A stretch of DNA of 45,243 nt from a virus (taxonomy: Duplodnaviria; Caudoviricetes). Where the stretch lies: IMG/VR virus record IMGVR_UViG_3300027956_000015, positions 1 through 45,243 of that record. One strand, written 5' to 3'. The notes beneath the pieces were generated by a model. That model did not search any database and had not been told where the DNA came from. It saw only the letters and a list, made by a program, of their open reading frames with translations. The position numbers and the translations under genes were made by a program. Shown in pieces: positions 35,164 through 45,243 of the stretch; positions within the stretch are counted from its first letter, which is position 1, and each line of letters begins with the position of its first letter.

Positions 35164-37154
35164 TGTACTTAGAAGTTTTACAAGATATTTTATCGGAAAC
35201 TAAAGTGCTGTTATCCGATATTAAGCCATCGGAATGGTATGAGCAAAATATGATTATGCCAAGGGGTTCGGCTTTTCCTGGTCCTTTCAAATTTGATTTA
35301 ACACCATACTGGCGCGAACCTTTAGATTGTGCACATAAAAACCACCCTGCAAAAGAAATTTCAATTATAAAAGGCGCTCAATTAGGTGGTACTGCTGCGG
35401 TATTAAACCCAGTTGTTTTATACACCATTGCACAAAATCCGGGTAATATAATGTTTTTAACCGGGCATAGTGATTTATCCGATGCGGCAATTAAAAAATT
35501 AGATCAGGCCATTGATGCTTGTGGAATTAGAAAATTAATTCGCCCAAATGTATTAAAAGCAAAAAATAATGCTACTGGTGACACCAACAAAGGAAAAGAA
35601 TTTCCGGGAGGTGATTTAAAAGCAGGTTCAGTTACAAATCATAATCTATTAAGGCAGCATGATGTAATGATTATGATAGTGGATGATTACGATGCTGCAA
35701 AAGGAAGTTCAAAAGATGCAGGAGCAACAAGGGAATTAGTACAAAAACGTACATCTGCATTTGCTCATAAACGTAAAATTTACTGGGTATCAAGTCCACA
35801 ATTAAAAGGAGCATCAAATATTGAAGAATGTTTTTTATTGGGTGATCAAAGGCATTGGTATGTTCCATGCCCATGTTGTAACACTCCAATCACACTACAA
35901 TGGACTGTACCAGTTAAAAATTCCGATAAAATTGGCGGTATCACATGGAAATTAGATGAAAATAATAAACTGATTGAAGATAGTGTTGGATATGTTTGTC
36001 AAGAATGTGGCGGTTTTTTTGATAGTTCACATAAATACGAAATGAATTTAAAAGGGGAATGGATAGCGCATGAGCCTAATCCAGTAGAACCAAACCATTA
36101 CAGTTATTATATTTCATCATTATATGCACCTCCGGGAATGGATGATTGGGGGCATTATGTAAAACAATGGTTAAACGCAAATCCACCCAACGGAAATAGG
36201 GATGAAAAAAAGCATCAAACATTTTTAAATGTAGTTTTAGGGCAAACTTATGAGCCAACAGGAAAAGAATTAAAAGCAACAGATATACAAAGAAACATTC
36301 AAAACTACGAAATTATGAGTATTCCAGAGAAATTATCAATTGAACACGGAAATGGAAAAATAGTATTACTAACTTGTGGAATAGATTTAAATGGTAGGGA
36401 GGATGATGCAAGGTTGGATTATGAAATTGTTGCATGGAGCGAAAGCATGGCAACTTATTCGATTAACCACGGTAGTATAGGTACATTTATACCAAGGGAG
36501 GGCAAAATAAAAGCCGACAGGGAAAAATGGAGTTATGAACATGGCGTACCAAATTCAGTATGGAGGGAATTGGATAAAATATTATCAAATATTTTTATAA
36601 CCGATACAGGGCGGAGAATGAAAGTTCAAATTACAGGTTTGGATAGTGGATATTTAACACAGCACGTTTATAACTATATAGACAATTCAAATTTAGCTGT
36701 AGTTGGTATCAAAGGTAAAGATTTTGATAAATACATTCCAATCGGTAAAGATGTTAAATCATACCATCAAGCCAAAGAAAAATCTAATTTATATTTAGCT
36801 GAGGTAAACATAGTTAAATCGGAACTAGAAAGGCTTTTATCTTTAAAATACGATAACCGATACCATGAAACCCAACCAAGTGGATTTTGTAATTTTCCAA
36901 TTCCTAGCGGTGGTAAATACTTATATCAAAACTATTTTTCACATTTTGAAGCAGAACATAAAATAGTTGATGCTGAACAAAGATTTAAATGGCAAAAAAA
37001 ATCCGATGTTGCACAAAACCACTTATTTGACTGTAGGATTTATAACATGGTTGTTAAAGATATTTTTGTGGATGAAATTGGTAAAGCATTTAAGGTAAAA
37101 AATATAAGTTGGGGCGAATTTGTATCGATTATTGTTAGTCAAATAAAAACATAA
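35163..37154 (+). CDS. Terminase large subunit, lambda gpA family
   Basis: LTPYWREP, KGAQLGGT, VSSP, GDQRHWYVPCPCC, FLNVVLG, LDSG, NHLFDCRIY. Confidence 0.95.
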   Translation: MYLEVLQDILSETKVLLSDIKPSEWYEQNMIMPRGSAFPGPFKFDLTPYWREPLDCAHKNHPAKEISIIKGAQLGGTAAVLNPVVLYTIAQNPGNIMFLTGHSDLSDAAIKKLDQAIDACGIRKLIRPNVLKAKNNATGDTNKGKEFPGGDLKAGSVTNHNLLRQHDVMIMIVDDYDAAKGSSKDAGATRELVQKRTSAFAHKRKIYWVSSPQLKGASNIEECFLLGDQRHWYVPCPCCNTPITLQWTVPVKNSDKIGGITWKLDENNKLIEDSVGYVCQECGGFFDSSHKYEMNLKGEWIAHEPNPVEPNHYSYYISSLYAPPGMDDWGHYVKQWLNANPPNGNRDEKKHQTFLNVVLGQTYEPTGKELKATDIQRNIQNYEIMSIPEKLSIEHGNGKIVLLTCGIDLNGREDDARLDYEIVAWSESMATYSINHGSIGTFIPREGKIKADREKWSYEHGVPNSVWRELDKILSNIFITDTGRRMKVQITGLDSGYLTQHVYNYIDNSNLAVVGIKGKDFDKYIPIGKDVKSYHQAKEKSNLYLAEVNIVKSELERLLSLKYDNRYHETQPSGFCNFPIPSGGKYLYQNYFSHFEAEHKIVDAEQRFKWQKKSDVAQNHLFDCRIYNMVVKDIFVDEIGKAFKVKNISWGEFVSIIVSQIKT

Positions 37155-37200
37155 AATAAACATATATTCAAGAATTTAACACCTAAAAAATTTATTTTTG
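37144..37200 (+). promoter_or_regulatory. Late promoter for the tail operon
   Basis: TAAAAACATAAAATAAACA 37144-37162 and TATTTTTG 37193-37200; same offset as at 9401/9450. Confidence 0.75.
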
Positions 37201-37218
37201 GCTTAAAATATTTCTAAA

Positions 37219-38745
37219 ATGAGCGATGCAGTTACATTAGATAGAATTTCCAAAATAGTAGGTTATAAGCTTACAAAAGGAGATTTTAGGGTATCAAGCC
37301 CCAATTTACCACAACGAATAGCAATTTTAGCAGAGGCTAATACCGCAAATCAAACCCAAGCTTTAGCAGATGAAGCAGGAAGAGAATTAACCACAAGCCA
37401 ACAGGCAGGTGAGTTATATGGTTACGGTTCGCCAATGCACCAAATCATGCGTATTTTACGCCCTATTAATGGTGGTGGATTACAAATTCCTATTATAGCT
37501 TACCCACAAGAAGAAGCAGATAGCGCAACAGCTAAAACCATTACAATTACTCCAAGTGGTACAGCTACGCAATCAGGAACACATCAAATCGTTATCAATG
37601 GTAGAAATGGTATTGATGGTGGTAGCTACGAATTAAACATCGTATCAGGAGAAACCGCAGCGCAAATAGCAGTTAAGATTGAAGATATCGTAAACAATGT
37701 TTTAGGCGCACCAGTTACAGCAAGTGAAGATACAGGAGTAGTAACCTTAACATCTAAATGGGCAGGTTTAACATCTAACTTAATAAACGCATCTATTAAT
37801 ACAGGCGAGGTTAGTTTAGGAATTACTTATGCTATTGCAAATGGAACAGCAGGAGCAGGAACTCCAAGCGTAGTACCTGCATTAAGTTCGTTCAATGAAA
37901 ATTGGAATACAATCGTAATTAATTCATACGGATTTGTTTCTGCAACATTAAATGAATTAGAAGCTTACAACGGTAAAGCGGATAATACTAATCCAACAGG
38001 AAGATGGCAAGGTGAGGTTTTTAAACCGTTTATTGCAATTTCGGGTACTGTTTTATCGGATGAAACAGCTTTAAAAGCTTTAACATCTGGCAGAAAAAAT
38101 GAAATGACTATTGCTGCTGCAGTTGCGCCAAATTCAAAAGGTTTACCACTTGAAGCTGCTACAAACGTTGCGTTTTTGTTTGCTCAAAAAGCACAAAATA
38201 CACCGCATTTAGATATTCAATCGGATATTTATCCCGATATGCCAACTCCAGAAATAATTGGAGATTTATCGGATAAAGATGTTCGTGATAGAGTAGTTAA
38301 ATCAGGATGTTCAACAGTTGAATTATCAGGAGGTAAATATAAAGTTGTTGATTTTGTTACAACTTACCATCCAGTTGGCGAAATACCACCACAATTCAGA
38401 TATCCAAGAAATATTAATATTGATTGGAATATCCGATATGGTTATTTGTTGAAAGAAGCTACAAATGTAATGGATCATGTAATTGCAAATGATACGGATA
38501 TAGTTACTGCAAGTAAAGTTGTAAAACCTAAACAATGGGTACAAATTTTACAAAATTACGCAGAAGATTTATCACGTAGGGCTTTAATTACAGATGTTGC
38601 ATTTATGCAAAATTCGATAACAGTTGGTATATCTAGTGTTAATCCTGATAGATTGGAAACTTTTTTCCGATACAAACGAACAGGAACAGCAAGAATTTCA
38701 TCAACAACAGCAGAGGCAGGATTTAATTTTGGTACAAATAATTAA
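37219..38745 (+). CDS. Tail sheath protein (Mu gpL-like)
   Basis: LPQRIAIL…AGELYGYGSPMH…PVTA…VTLTSKWAG…VTTYH…NPDRL; 508 aa. Confidence 0.9.
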   Translation: MSDAVTLDRISKIVGYKLTKGDFRVSSPNLPQRIAILAEANTANQTQALADEAGRELTTSQQAGELYGYGSPMHQIMRILRPINGGGLQIPIIAYPQEEADSATAKTITITPSGTATQSGTHQIVINGRNGIDGGSYELNIVSGETAAQIAVKIEDIVNNVLGAPVTASEDTGVVTLTSKWAGLTSNLINASINTGEVSLGITYAIANGTAGAGTPSVVPALSSFNENWNTIVINSYGFVSATLNELEAYNGKADNTNPTGRWQGEVFKPFIAISGTVLSDETALKALTSGRKNEMTIAAAVAPNSKGLPLEAATNVAFLFAQKAQNTPHLDIQSDIYPDMPTPEIIGDLSDKDVRDRVVKSGCSTVELSGGKYKVVDFVTTYHPVGEIPPQFRYPRNINIDWNIRYGYLLKEATNVMDHVIANDTDIVTASKVVKPKQWVQILQNYAEDLSRRALITDVAFMQNSITVGISSVNPDRLETFFRYKRTGTARISSTTAEAGFNFGTNN

Positions 38746-38756
38746 TAAATAAAGAT

Positions 38757-39164
38757 ATGGCAATCGGAGGATTTTTAACCGAAGTAACAGCAAACCACCC
38801 TACACTAGGGGGGTTTACTTTTTACCCAATGGCAAATGAAGATGTTTCATTTGATCCAATTACTATCATGACTGAAGATGATGAAGAAAGCGTTGATGGT
38901 TCAGGTAATCCAGTAAGAAAAATGAAACGTAAATTACCAAAAATTGAATTTACATTGGCGAATGATGTTAATAATCGTGAAGATTGGAACGGAATTAAGC
39001 AGTTAATGGAAAATCCAGTTGAAGCGGATTGGACTTTTTCACACTCAAACGGTAGTGTTTTTGGTGGAAATGGTAAGCCAGTAGGTAATTTAGAGGGTAA
39101 TTTAACCGCGGCAACTTTTCCTGTAATTATATCATGCCGAGATATTAAAAAAATTGCAGGGTAA
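38757..39164 (+). CDS. Tail tube protein
   Basis: 135-aa beta-rich protein directly after sheath. Confidence 0.8.
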   Translation: MAIGGFLTEVTANHPTLGGFTFYPMANEDVSFDPITIMTEDDEESVDGSGNPVRKMKRKLPKIEFTLANDVNNREDWNGIKQLMENPVEADWTFSHSNGSVFGGNGKPVGNLEGNLTAATFPVIISCRDIKKIAG

Positions 39165-39189
39165 TTTATAAATTAAAAGCTTTAAAATC

Positions 39190-39597
39190 ATGGAAAATTT
39201 AGTAAATGAAGAAGTATCACAACAAGAAATAACCAACTGGTTAGATTTTAAACGTGTAAAACCATCAAGCAGGGAAAATTACAAAGGTGCAATTGATGAA
39301 TTAGCAAATGCAATTGCCGAGGGTTATTTATCATTGGATGAAAATTTTAATTTAACATTAAAATTAATTTTTCCAATTACAAACGAAATTTCAACAACGG
39401 AATTAGTTTTTAAACCTAGGGTAAAAATTGGAGAAATCCAAAAAGCAATGCAGGGCACAAAATCGGATGATGCGCAAGGTATGATTTTGGCAATCGTTTC
39501 ATGCTTAACCAACAAACCAAAACAATTAATTAAAGAGTTGGATGTTGAAGATTATGGAATTTGCCAAAATATAGCCCTTTTTTTCATTCCGAAGTAG
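39190..39597 (+). CDS. Tail assembly chaperone
   Basis: LKLIFPI…IKELDVEDY…FF pattern; lies between tube and tape measure. Confidence 0.8.
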   Translation: MENLVNEEVSQQEITNWLDFKRVKPSSRENYKGAIDELANAIAEGYLSLDENFNLTLKLIFPITNEISTTELVFKPRVKIGEIQKAMQGTKSDDAQGMILAIVSCLTNKPKQLIKELDVEDYGICQNIALFFIPK

Positions 39598-39761
39598 GCA
39601 ATTATGATGCAGCAATTCATTCTGTTATAGGCACATATAATTGGACGCCAAAAACTATAAATAGTCTGTATTGTGATGATACAGACTATTTTGGTATATG
39701 GTACTATTATTTTGAAATAAAAAGGCAACAAGAAGAGTTAAAAAAAGATACTAAACAATAA
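39579..39761 (+). CDS. -1 frameshift extension of tail assembly chaperone
   Basis: T-TTT-TTC slippery site at 39579-39585; -1 frame open to TAA at 39759-39761 with NWTPKTINSL motif; no ATG of its own. Confidence 0.8.
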   Translation, partial: FFHSEVGNYDAAIHSVIGTYNWTPKTINSLYCDDTDYFGIWYYYFEIKRQQEELKKDTKQ

Positions 39762-41755
39762 TGAGCCAACTTACAGTTAATACAGTATTTACAGCAGTTG
39801 ATAAGTTCACAAAAATAGTGAAAGCTATGGAACAATCAACTATTAAGTTTGCCGAAAAAGCAACTGCTGCTACTGCTATGGCTGAAAGGGGGTTTAGGAA
39901 GTTGACAAGTCCTCTACAAAAATTAAACTCAATGTTAGGGGGTTTTGGTTTAGCTTTGGGGGGCGCATTAATTATAGGAAATATTACCACATCATTAAAA
40001 GATTATGAAAATGCTATTGCATCTGCAATGGCAATTACTGGTAAAATGACTAAAGAGGAATTTAAGCCATACCAAAAAGAAATTGAATTAACTGCAAAAA
40101 TCACAAGAAAATCAACAACCGATATTGCAAAAGCTTTTGAGATTATAGGTAGTGCTAAACCAGAATTATTAGCAAACGCAGAAGCATTAGGATTAACCAC
40201 TAAAGCCGCAATCACATTATCTAAAGCATCTGGAGATGATTTGCAATCAAGCGCACTATCGTTAACTGGAGTAATGAACCAGTTTTCTTTGGGTGCTGAA
40301 AATGCCGAAAGAGTAATGAACGTATTAGCAGCAGGTTCAGTAGCAGGTTCGGCAAACATTACAAATGTAGCAGAGTCAATGAAGAATTTTGGTTCAGTTG
40401 CAGCATCAGCAAATTTAAGCGTAGAAGAGAGTGTTGCATTAGTTGAGGTATTGGGTAAATTTGGATTATTTGGAGCGGAAGCAGGTACAAAATTAAGAGG
40501 TTCAATTTTACAATTACAAAAAGCTAATTTAGGTTATGCTAGTGGGCAATTTAATACGAATGATGCTTTAAATGAAGCACAAAAACAAATGAATAAATTA
40601 TCTACAGCAGCGCAAAAAGATGCTTATTTAATTAAATTATTTGGAGCTGAAAATGTATCTAGTGGTAAAATATTATTAAACAACATAGGTTTATTTAATG
40701 AGTACACTAAAGCAGTTACAGGAACTAATACAGCAGTTGAACAAGCAAATGTTAAAAGTAATACATTTAGTGTTAGATTGGAAGAATTACAAAATAAATG
40801 GATTAGTTTAATTACTACTAATAATGAAGCTAACCAGGGTATTGGATTAGTTACGAGCGCAATAGTTTTTTTAACTGATAATTTAGAAACTATAATTGCA
40901 ACAACATTAGTTTTTTTAGGAGTTTTAGCAGCTTATAAAGTAGCTTTAATTGGAGCAAAAATAGCTTTATTTGCGGTTAAAATTGCAACTATTGCTTATA
41001 ACGTAGTTTTAGGGATATCAAACGCTTTACAAGGTAAATCGGCTTTATATCTTGTTGGTAATACTGTAGCTTACAAAGCGTATAGAGCAACAATATTATT
41101 AACCACCGCAGCAACAAGCGCATGGAACGCAGTTGTTAAATCTTTAATTTTTGTAACTAAATTATGGACTACTGCCCAATACGCTATAAATGTAGCATTA
41201 ACAGCAAACCCAATCGGAGCAATAATAATGTTAGTAGTAGCATTAATTGCCGCAATCATATCAATCATTTACTATTGGGATGAATGGGGCAGGGCTTTTG
41301 TAGCTTTCTCTGGTCCTGTAGGTATGATAATAAATTTGTTCCAGGAGTTATACGAAAATTGGGATATGATAAAAAAAGCTTTTGAAATGGATGGAATTTT
41401 GGGAGGTTTTAAAGCTTTGGGGCAAGTAATTTTATCGGGATTACTTTATCCGTTACAAAAAGTTTTAGAAATAGTTGGTTATTTGCCTGATTGGTTGGGT
41501 GGTGGATTAGCTACGGATGGGGCAAAAGCAATAGCCGATTTTAGAGCCGATTTAACATCATTTGAACAGTATCAACCAAAACCCGAAGTAATTAATATGA
41601 ACAATGAAAGAACACGTAATTTTGTTGAAACTATAAATAATAATGAACGACAACAGCTAGATGTTAATTTTAATAATATGCCAAATGGTGCAACTGTTCA
41701 AAGTAGTGGGGCAAACTTTGTAATGCCTAAATTAACCCCATCATTTAATTTCTAA
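39761..41755 (+). CDS. Tape measure protein
   Basis: Ala-rich TP901-type core (AEAGTKLR), hydrophobic repeats, ANPIG, YYWDE. Confidence 0.93.
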   Translation: MSQLTVNTVFTAVDKFTKIVKAMEQSTIKFAEKATAATAMAERGFRKLTSPLQKLNSMLGGFGLALGGALIIGNITTSLKDYENAIASAMAITGKMTKEEFKPYQKEIELTAKITRKSTTDIAKAFEIIGSAKPELLANAEALGLTTKAAITLSKASGDDLQSSALSLTGVMNQFSLGAENAERVMNVLAAGSVAGSANITNVAESMKNFGSVAASANLSVEESVALVEVLGKFGLFGAEAGTKLRGSILQLQKANLGYASGQFNTNDALNEAQKQMNKLSTAAQKDAYLIKLFGAENVSSGKILLNNIGLFNEYTKAVTGTNTAVEQANVKSNTFSVRLEELQNKWISLITTNNEANQGIGLVTSAIVFLTDNLETIIATTLVFLGVLAAYKVALIGAKIALFAVKIATIAYNVVLGISNALQGKSALYLVGNTVAYKAYRATILLTTAATSAWNAVVKSLIFVTKLWTTAQYAINVALTANPIGAIIMLVVALIAAIISIIYYWDEWGRAFVAFSGPVGMIINLFQELYENWDMIKKAFEMDGILGGFKALGQVILSGLLYPLQKVLEIVGYLPDWLGGGLATDGAKAIADFRADLTSFEQYQPKPEVINMNNERTRNFVETINNNERQQLDVNFNNMPNGATVQSSGANFVMPKLTPSFNF

Positions 41756-41758
41756 GCT

Positions 41759-42265
41759 ATGGATTTGAGATTAATAGAAACAGGAAAAGGAGGGGATTTA
41801 TTATTAAATGGTAATGATTTTTTGTGGGCTTTTAGTTTTGAAAATTTTCCATATATCGGAATGTTTGGAGGAAATCCACAACAATCCACCCCACCAATTA
41901 GGATTGAAAGTGAACAAAATTTTGATTTTTGGGGCAATGAATTACTAGGTTTAAACTATAATTCACAAACTGAAAATTTAATAAATTCAGTTGGATTAAA
42001 TTCATCAACAAGGATATTAATTGAAAATGCAGTTAAAGAAGATTTAAAATTCATGTTAGAATTTGCAGAAATATCTGTAACTGTTAGATTAGTTGGATTG
42101 GATGTAATAGAATTAAACATAACTATTGTGCAACCTGATAATGGAGTTGAACGAAAATATATATATTTGTGGGATGGGTTACAGTTGGTGGAAAATTCTG
42201 GAACAGGCGGACAAAACGCGCCAAATTTAGAGGGATTACAAGAAGTTTTACAAATTAATTTATAA
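41759..42265 (+). CDS. Baseplate protein, Mu gp46-like
   Basis: GGDLLL…GMFGGN…FWGN…AVKEDLKFM…ITI pattern. Confidence 0.75.
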   Translation: MDLRLIETGKGGDLLLNGNDFLWAFSFENFPYIGMFGGNPQQSTPPIRIESEQNFDFWGNELLGLNYNSQTENLINSVGLNSSTRILIENAVKEDLKFMLEFAEISVTVRLVGLDVIELNITIVQPDNGVERKYIYLWDGLQLVENSGTGGQNAPNLEGLQEVLQINL

Positions 42266-42270
42266 CCGAA

Positions 42271-43290
42271 ATGGCAAAAATAAATTTTGAAAATAAAGAG
42301 GATGTTAAATTATCAAGTTTACCGCGTAAAAACAAGGTAATAGCAACAGATATTAACGAAATCAAACAATCGGTAAATGATTTGTATGATGAAGTTGAAG
42401 ATATTGAAACTACATTAAACGCAGTTGTTGAAGATATTGAAGATGCACAAACTGAATTAGAAAGATTAGAAAACGAAAAACAAAACACTTTAGTATCAGG
42501 CACGAATATAAAAACCTTAAATGGAGATAGTTTATTAGGTTCGGGAGATGTTTCTTTACCTCCACCAGTATGGGGTGCAATTACAGGTACTTTATCTGCA
42601 CAGACAGATTTACAAACTGCTTTAGACAACGCAGGACAAAATATTTACAACGGTACGGATGTAACACCGTTAACAAAACGCTCAAAAATCCGATTTACCG
42701 ATTTTTTAGGGGCGGTTGATGATGCAATTAACAGCGAAACAGTTGTAAGTTTAGATACCAATATTACTAAGGACGTAAATACTAGCCGATTTGGTTTAAA
42801 TTTATCGGATGAGGTGGATTTAAAAATACCTCACGAACGTTTAACCGTTGGAGATAGTAACGGAAATGCTACTAACTTAACGGGTACGGAGGGGAATTTA
42901 ATAGGTTTTAAAGAAGATAATAAGATAACTGAATTTGAGGGTGTTGAAGCTTTTAATATTTTAAAGGAAACAGGAATAACCGCGAACAAACAACTTGCTT
43001 TAATTGGTATTGACGGTATAGCTAGTAATCTAAAGGCTACGTTTATAATTGATGAAATATTGGTAATTAATACGACCGCAAATAGTGTAGTTGTAAGCGT
43101 TGGTTCAACTGCTGGGGGTACTGATATTGCCAACGCAATAACTATTGGTGCTAGTGCTACGGTTGTTTTAACTTTAGGCACTAGATATTTCAGTAGTACA
43201 TTGGGACAAAACTTATTTATTAGTTCGGCCTTATGGAATAGTGCGAATGTAACTATTAGTGTAACCGTTAAAAAAATTCATTATGTCTAG
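42271..43290 (+). CDS. Tail fibre / virion appendage protein
   Basis: ATDINEIK anchor, coiled coil, KQNTLVSGTNIKTLNGDSLLGSGD and WGAITGTLSAQTDL fibre motifs. Confidence 0.7.
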   Translation: MAKINFENKEDVKLSSLPRKNKVIATDINEIKQSVNDLYDEVEDIETTLNAVVEDIEDAQTELERLENEKQNTLVSGTNIKTLNGDSLLGSGDVSLPPPVWGAITGTLSAQTDLQTALDNAGQNIYNGTDVTPLTKRSKIRFTDFLGAVDDAINSETVVSLDTNITKDVNTSRFGLNLSDEVDLKIPHERLTVGDSNGNATNLTGTEGNLIGFKEDNKITEFEGVEAFNILKETGITANKQLALIGIDGIASNLKATFIIDEILVINTTANSVVVSVGSTAGGTDIANAITIGASATVVLTLGTRYFSSTLGQNLFISSALWNSANVTISVTVKKIHYV

Positions 43291-44131
43291 TAAAATATTA
43301 AAATTGGGAACTTTTGCTATTCCGAAAATAGGGAGTAGCAATTTAATGGGGTTTAAACCACCTTTAATTTTAGACACTTATAGCGCAGATTTATATGCGG
43401 CTTATTCTTTGCGAAAATTAAGGAACGGTTACTCAGGTAATTGCGTTCGTGTTCGTAGAAGTTCGGACAATGCGGAACAAGATTTTGGTTTTGTAAACGA
43501 TGTTGTAGATATGGATAGTATCATTACATTTTGTGGGGCTGGTAATGGTTTTGTAACCACATGGTACGACCAAAGCGGGTTAAGTAAAGATGTTATACAA
43601 GCAACCGCTGGTAATCAACCGCAAATTATAACAAGTGGTGCGCCTTACTTGGTGGGTGGAAAAGCATATTTGAATTTCGCTAATTCTCATTTACGAAAAG
43701 CATCCGAAACAGGAATAAATATAAATAACATTTGTAGTATTGCATTAGTGAGCTTAGATAGTGCTGGCAGTTACGGTTTTGGGTTAAATACTACTCCTAG
43801 ATATTATTTTCCAAATGTATCAGGGTCATGGCAAGCTGTTTCATATAATAGCAGTAATACATTTGCTAATACAGGTATTTTAGCGACTGGTGTACGAGCG
43901 TTATTAACAGGAAATGCAAATTTAACAAATTATAATTTACGCATAAATGCTAGTTATATTGGCTCAACTGCTGTATTTAGTGGTAATATTAATAACATTG
44001 GTATAGGTACGCCAAACGCATCCTTATATTCAACAGGTAAATTTTTTGAATTTATATTGTATTCTGCTAGTCAATCGGCAAATTTAACGGATTTAGAAAC
44101 GAATATAAACGATTATTATGCAGTATATTAA
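43283..44131 (+). CDS. Concanavalin A/LamG-like (arabinofuranosidase-B-catalytic-like) virion protein
   Basis: AAYSLRKL…VRVRRSSDNAEQDFGF…GFVTTWYDQSG…QPQI…EFILY…LETNINDYY. Confidence 0.7.
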   Translation: MSSKILKLGTFAIPKIGSSNLMGFKPPLILDTYSADLYAAYSLRKLRNGYSGNCVRVRRSSDNAEQDFGFVNDVVDMDSIITFCGAGNGFVTTWYDQSGLSKDVIQATAGNQPQIITSGAPYLVGGKAYLNFANSHLRKASETGININNICSIALVSLDSAGSYGFGLNTTPRYYFPNVSGSWQAVSYNSSNTFANTGILATGVRALLTGNANLTNYNLRINASYIGSTAVFSGNINNIGIGTPNASLYSTGKFFEFILYSASQSANLTDLETNINDYYAVY

Positions 44132-44558
44132 AGTTGATTTAAGCGTTTACGAAACGCAATTAAATGCTTTAAATGAGCATTACATAAGCAATTTAGTGGA
44201 GGGTAGTACTACTACCAATTTCGCTAATCCTGTTATTTTTATGGGTTTTGGCTACGTGCTAAAGAGCGAATATACTTTGCCCTTTTTCCCTGATTATTTG
44301 GAAATTGTGGATAGCATACCGCAATGGCACGAAGAGGATAAAGCAATACAAATAGTGCAAAATAAAAGCGGTGTTGTATGGGGCGCAATGAATGAGCCAC
44401 AGATAGCAATGGGGTTATCTATGCACCGTATTAATACAAATATGCAAACCTATGAAGAGGGCGAAAAATTATATTTTTATGCGAATACTATTATACCCGA
44501 GCATCAAGCTATATTTAATGCTTATCCACAATTAGAAATTATTATTAATGAAAAGTAA
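44118..44558 (+). CDS. Hypothetical tail-module protein (possible fibre chaperone)
   Basis: 146 aa; overlaps the lectin-like gene. Confidence 0.6.
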   Translation: MQYIKVDLSVYETQLNALNEHYISNLVEGSTTTNFANPVIFMGFGYVLKSEYTLPFFPDYLEIVDSIPQWHEEDKAIQIVQNKSGVVWGAMNEPQIAMGLSMHRINTNMQTYEEGEKLYFYANTIIPEHQAIFNAYPQLEIIINEK

Positions 44559-44679
44559 ATCTAACTTAGAGCGCGTTGCATTTATAGTTTTAATGGGTAT
44601 TTTTATGTATTTATTTGCTACAAGTTGCACAACCTCAAGAATTAAATATAAACCGCATTATCCGTATTATTATGAATAA
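44548..44679 (+). CDS. Small putative lipoprotein, second allele
   Basis: MKSKSNLERVAFIVLMGIFMYLFATSCTTSRIKYKPHYPYYYE. Confidence 0.75.
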   Translation: MKSKSNLERVAFIVLMGIFMYLFATSCTTSRIKYKPHYPYYYE

Positions 44680-45082
44680 AGAGGAATTAATACAAAATAC
44701 TTTAGAATACGCTAAATTAATTAAACTTAACAGCGTATTAATGGACTGTTTAAAGGAAGCTTTATATTCTAATGAATGGGATTTTACAAATCCTGAGCAT
44801 TACGATGGATGCACTGGTGTTGATGAATTACATTACAACGCATACCCCCCTGATTGTTTAGTGCATGATTTTCACTGGAAAACAGGAAGAGGGGGAATAG
44901 TTGCCGATAGTATTTTTAGGGATATTATGAGAGCGATGGGGCGTTCAAATAGAATTATTAAAAAAAGATATAAAGGCGTTCGGATTGGTTGGATGTTTTG
45001 GTATAAATGGAAACATAAGCTAAATGGCAACGTTCAAGAATTAACAAACGCAATGAAAGTTTATAAAATATTAAATTTTTAG
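44672..45082 (+). CDS. DUF1353/phospholipase A2-like protein, second allele
   Basis: Near-identical to 272-682; start moved to ATG 44672. Confidence 0.55.
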   Translation: MNKEELIQNTLEYAKLIKLNSVLMDCLKEALYSNEWDFTNPEHYDGCTGVDELHYNAYPPDCLVHDFHWKTGRGGIVADSIFRDIMRAMGRSNRIIKKRYKGVRIGWMFWYKWKHKLNGNVQELTNAMKVYKILNF

Positions 45083-45096
45083 ATTAATTTTGAGGA

Positions 45097-45243
45097 ATGA
45101 TAAATATACCAACAACCCAACAATTATTTAATTCGATTAAATTAAACATCGAAGCAGAATTAAATATACAAATTCCTACTTTTGGAAAAACTTTTCTTTT
45201 TGCCTTTTGTTCAGTTTTAGCAGGAACTTTAAAATTATTTTAC
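45097..45243 (+). CDS. Baseplate J-like, 5' fragment (truncated by window end)
   Basis: Repeats 697-843. Confidence 0.85.
   Translation, partial: MINIPTTQQLFNSIKLNIEAELNIQIPTFGKTFLFAFCSVLAGTLKLFY

Larger units (their letters stand above)
44401..45243. repeat. Right copy of imperfect terminal direct repeat
   Basis: Colinear with 1-843. Confidence 0.97.

Noticed and set aside
861-43181. Most minus-strand ORFs in the track (e.g. 861, 3962, 7951, 15998, 30079, 40003, 42831)
   Set aside because: They lie antisense within well-supported genes and lack motifs or promoters; treated as shadow ORFs. Only 9198-9386 and 33159-33536 were kept.
1-45243. Stop-codon reassignment, tRNA genes, introns or inteins
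   Set aside because: Standard-code ORFs tile the genome densely at expected lengths, and no cloverleaf or splicing-element signature was seen by eye. tRNAscan-SE and Infernal were not run.

Overview
The window looks like one complete genome of a low-GC, contractile-tailed (myovirus-like) dsDNA phage. The unit length is 44,400 bp, opened at an arbitrary point, with an 843-bp terminal overlap (1-843 vs 44401-45243) whose copies differ at 46 positions by manual count. The host is most likely Bacteroidota: TAnnTTTG -7 promoter boxes recur and leaders are AT-rich without Shine-Dalgarno motifs. The head and packaging genes are lambda-like (gpA-type terminase, gpW, portal, Clp-type protease, decoration protein, gpE-type capsid). 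The tail genes are Mu-like (sheath, tube, frameshifted chaperone, tape measure, gp46/J/gp48, N, P, gp45) but in shuffled order. Early genes encode a RecT-like annealase, exonuclease, SSB, a helicase-methyltransferase fusion, a C5 methyltransferase, an SF2 helicase, a GNAT, primase, an SF3-like helicase and a PAPS-reductase-like protein. I found no integrase, CI-type repressor, DNA polymerase, reverse transcriptase, tRNA or CRISPR array. The most interesting signals are non-coding: (1) a symmetric origin with about 14 iterons and two DnaA boxes flanking an AT-rich core, directly after a stand-alone DnaA domain-IV gene; (2) an array of small ORFs joined by a repeated 28-bp stop/start linker; (3) two promoter-ORF-hairpin cassettes with identical flanks; (4) a 19-bp late-promoter motif next to an antisense RHH gene; (5) an attenuator-like leader and a gene-32-like pseudoknot; (6) a lambda-like cos candidate. 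All product calls come from motif recognition and synteny, not database searches.
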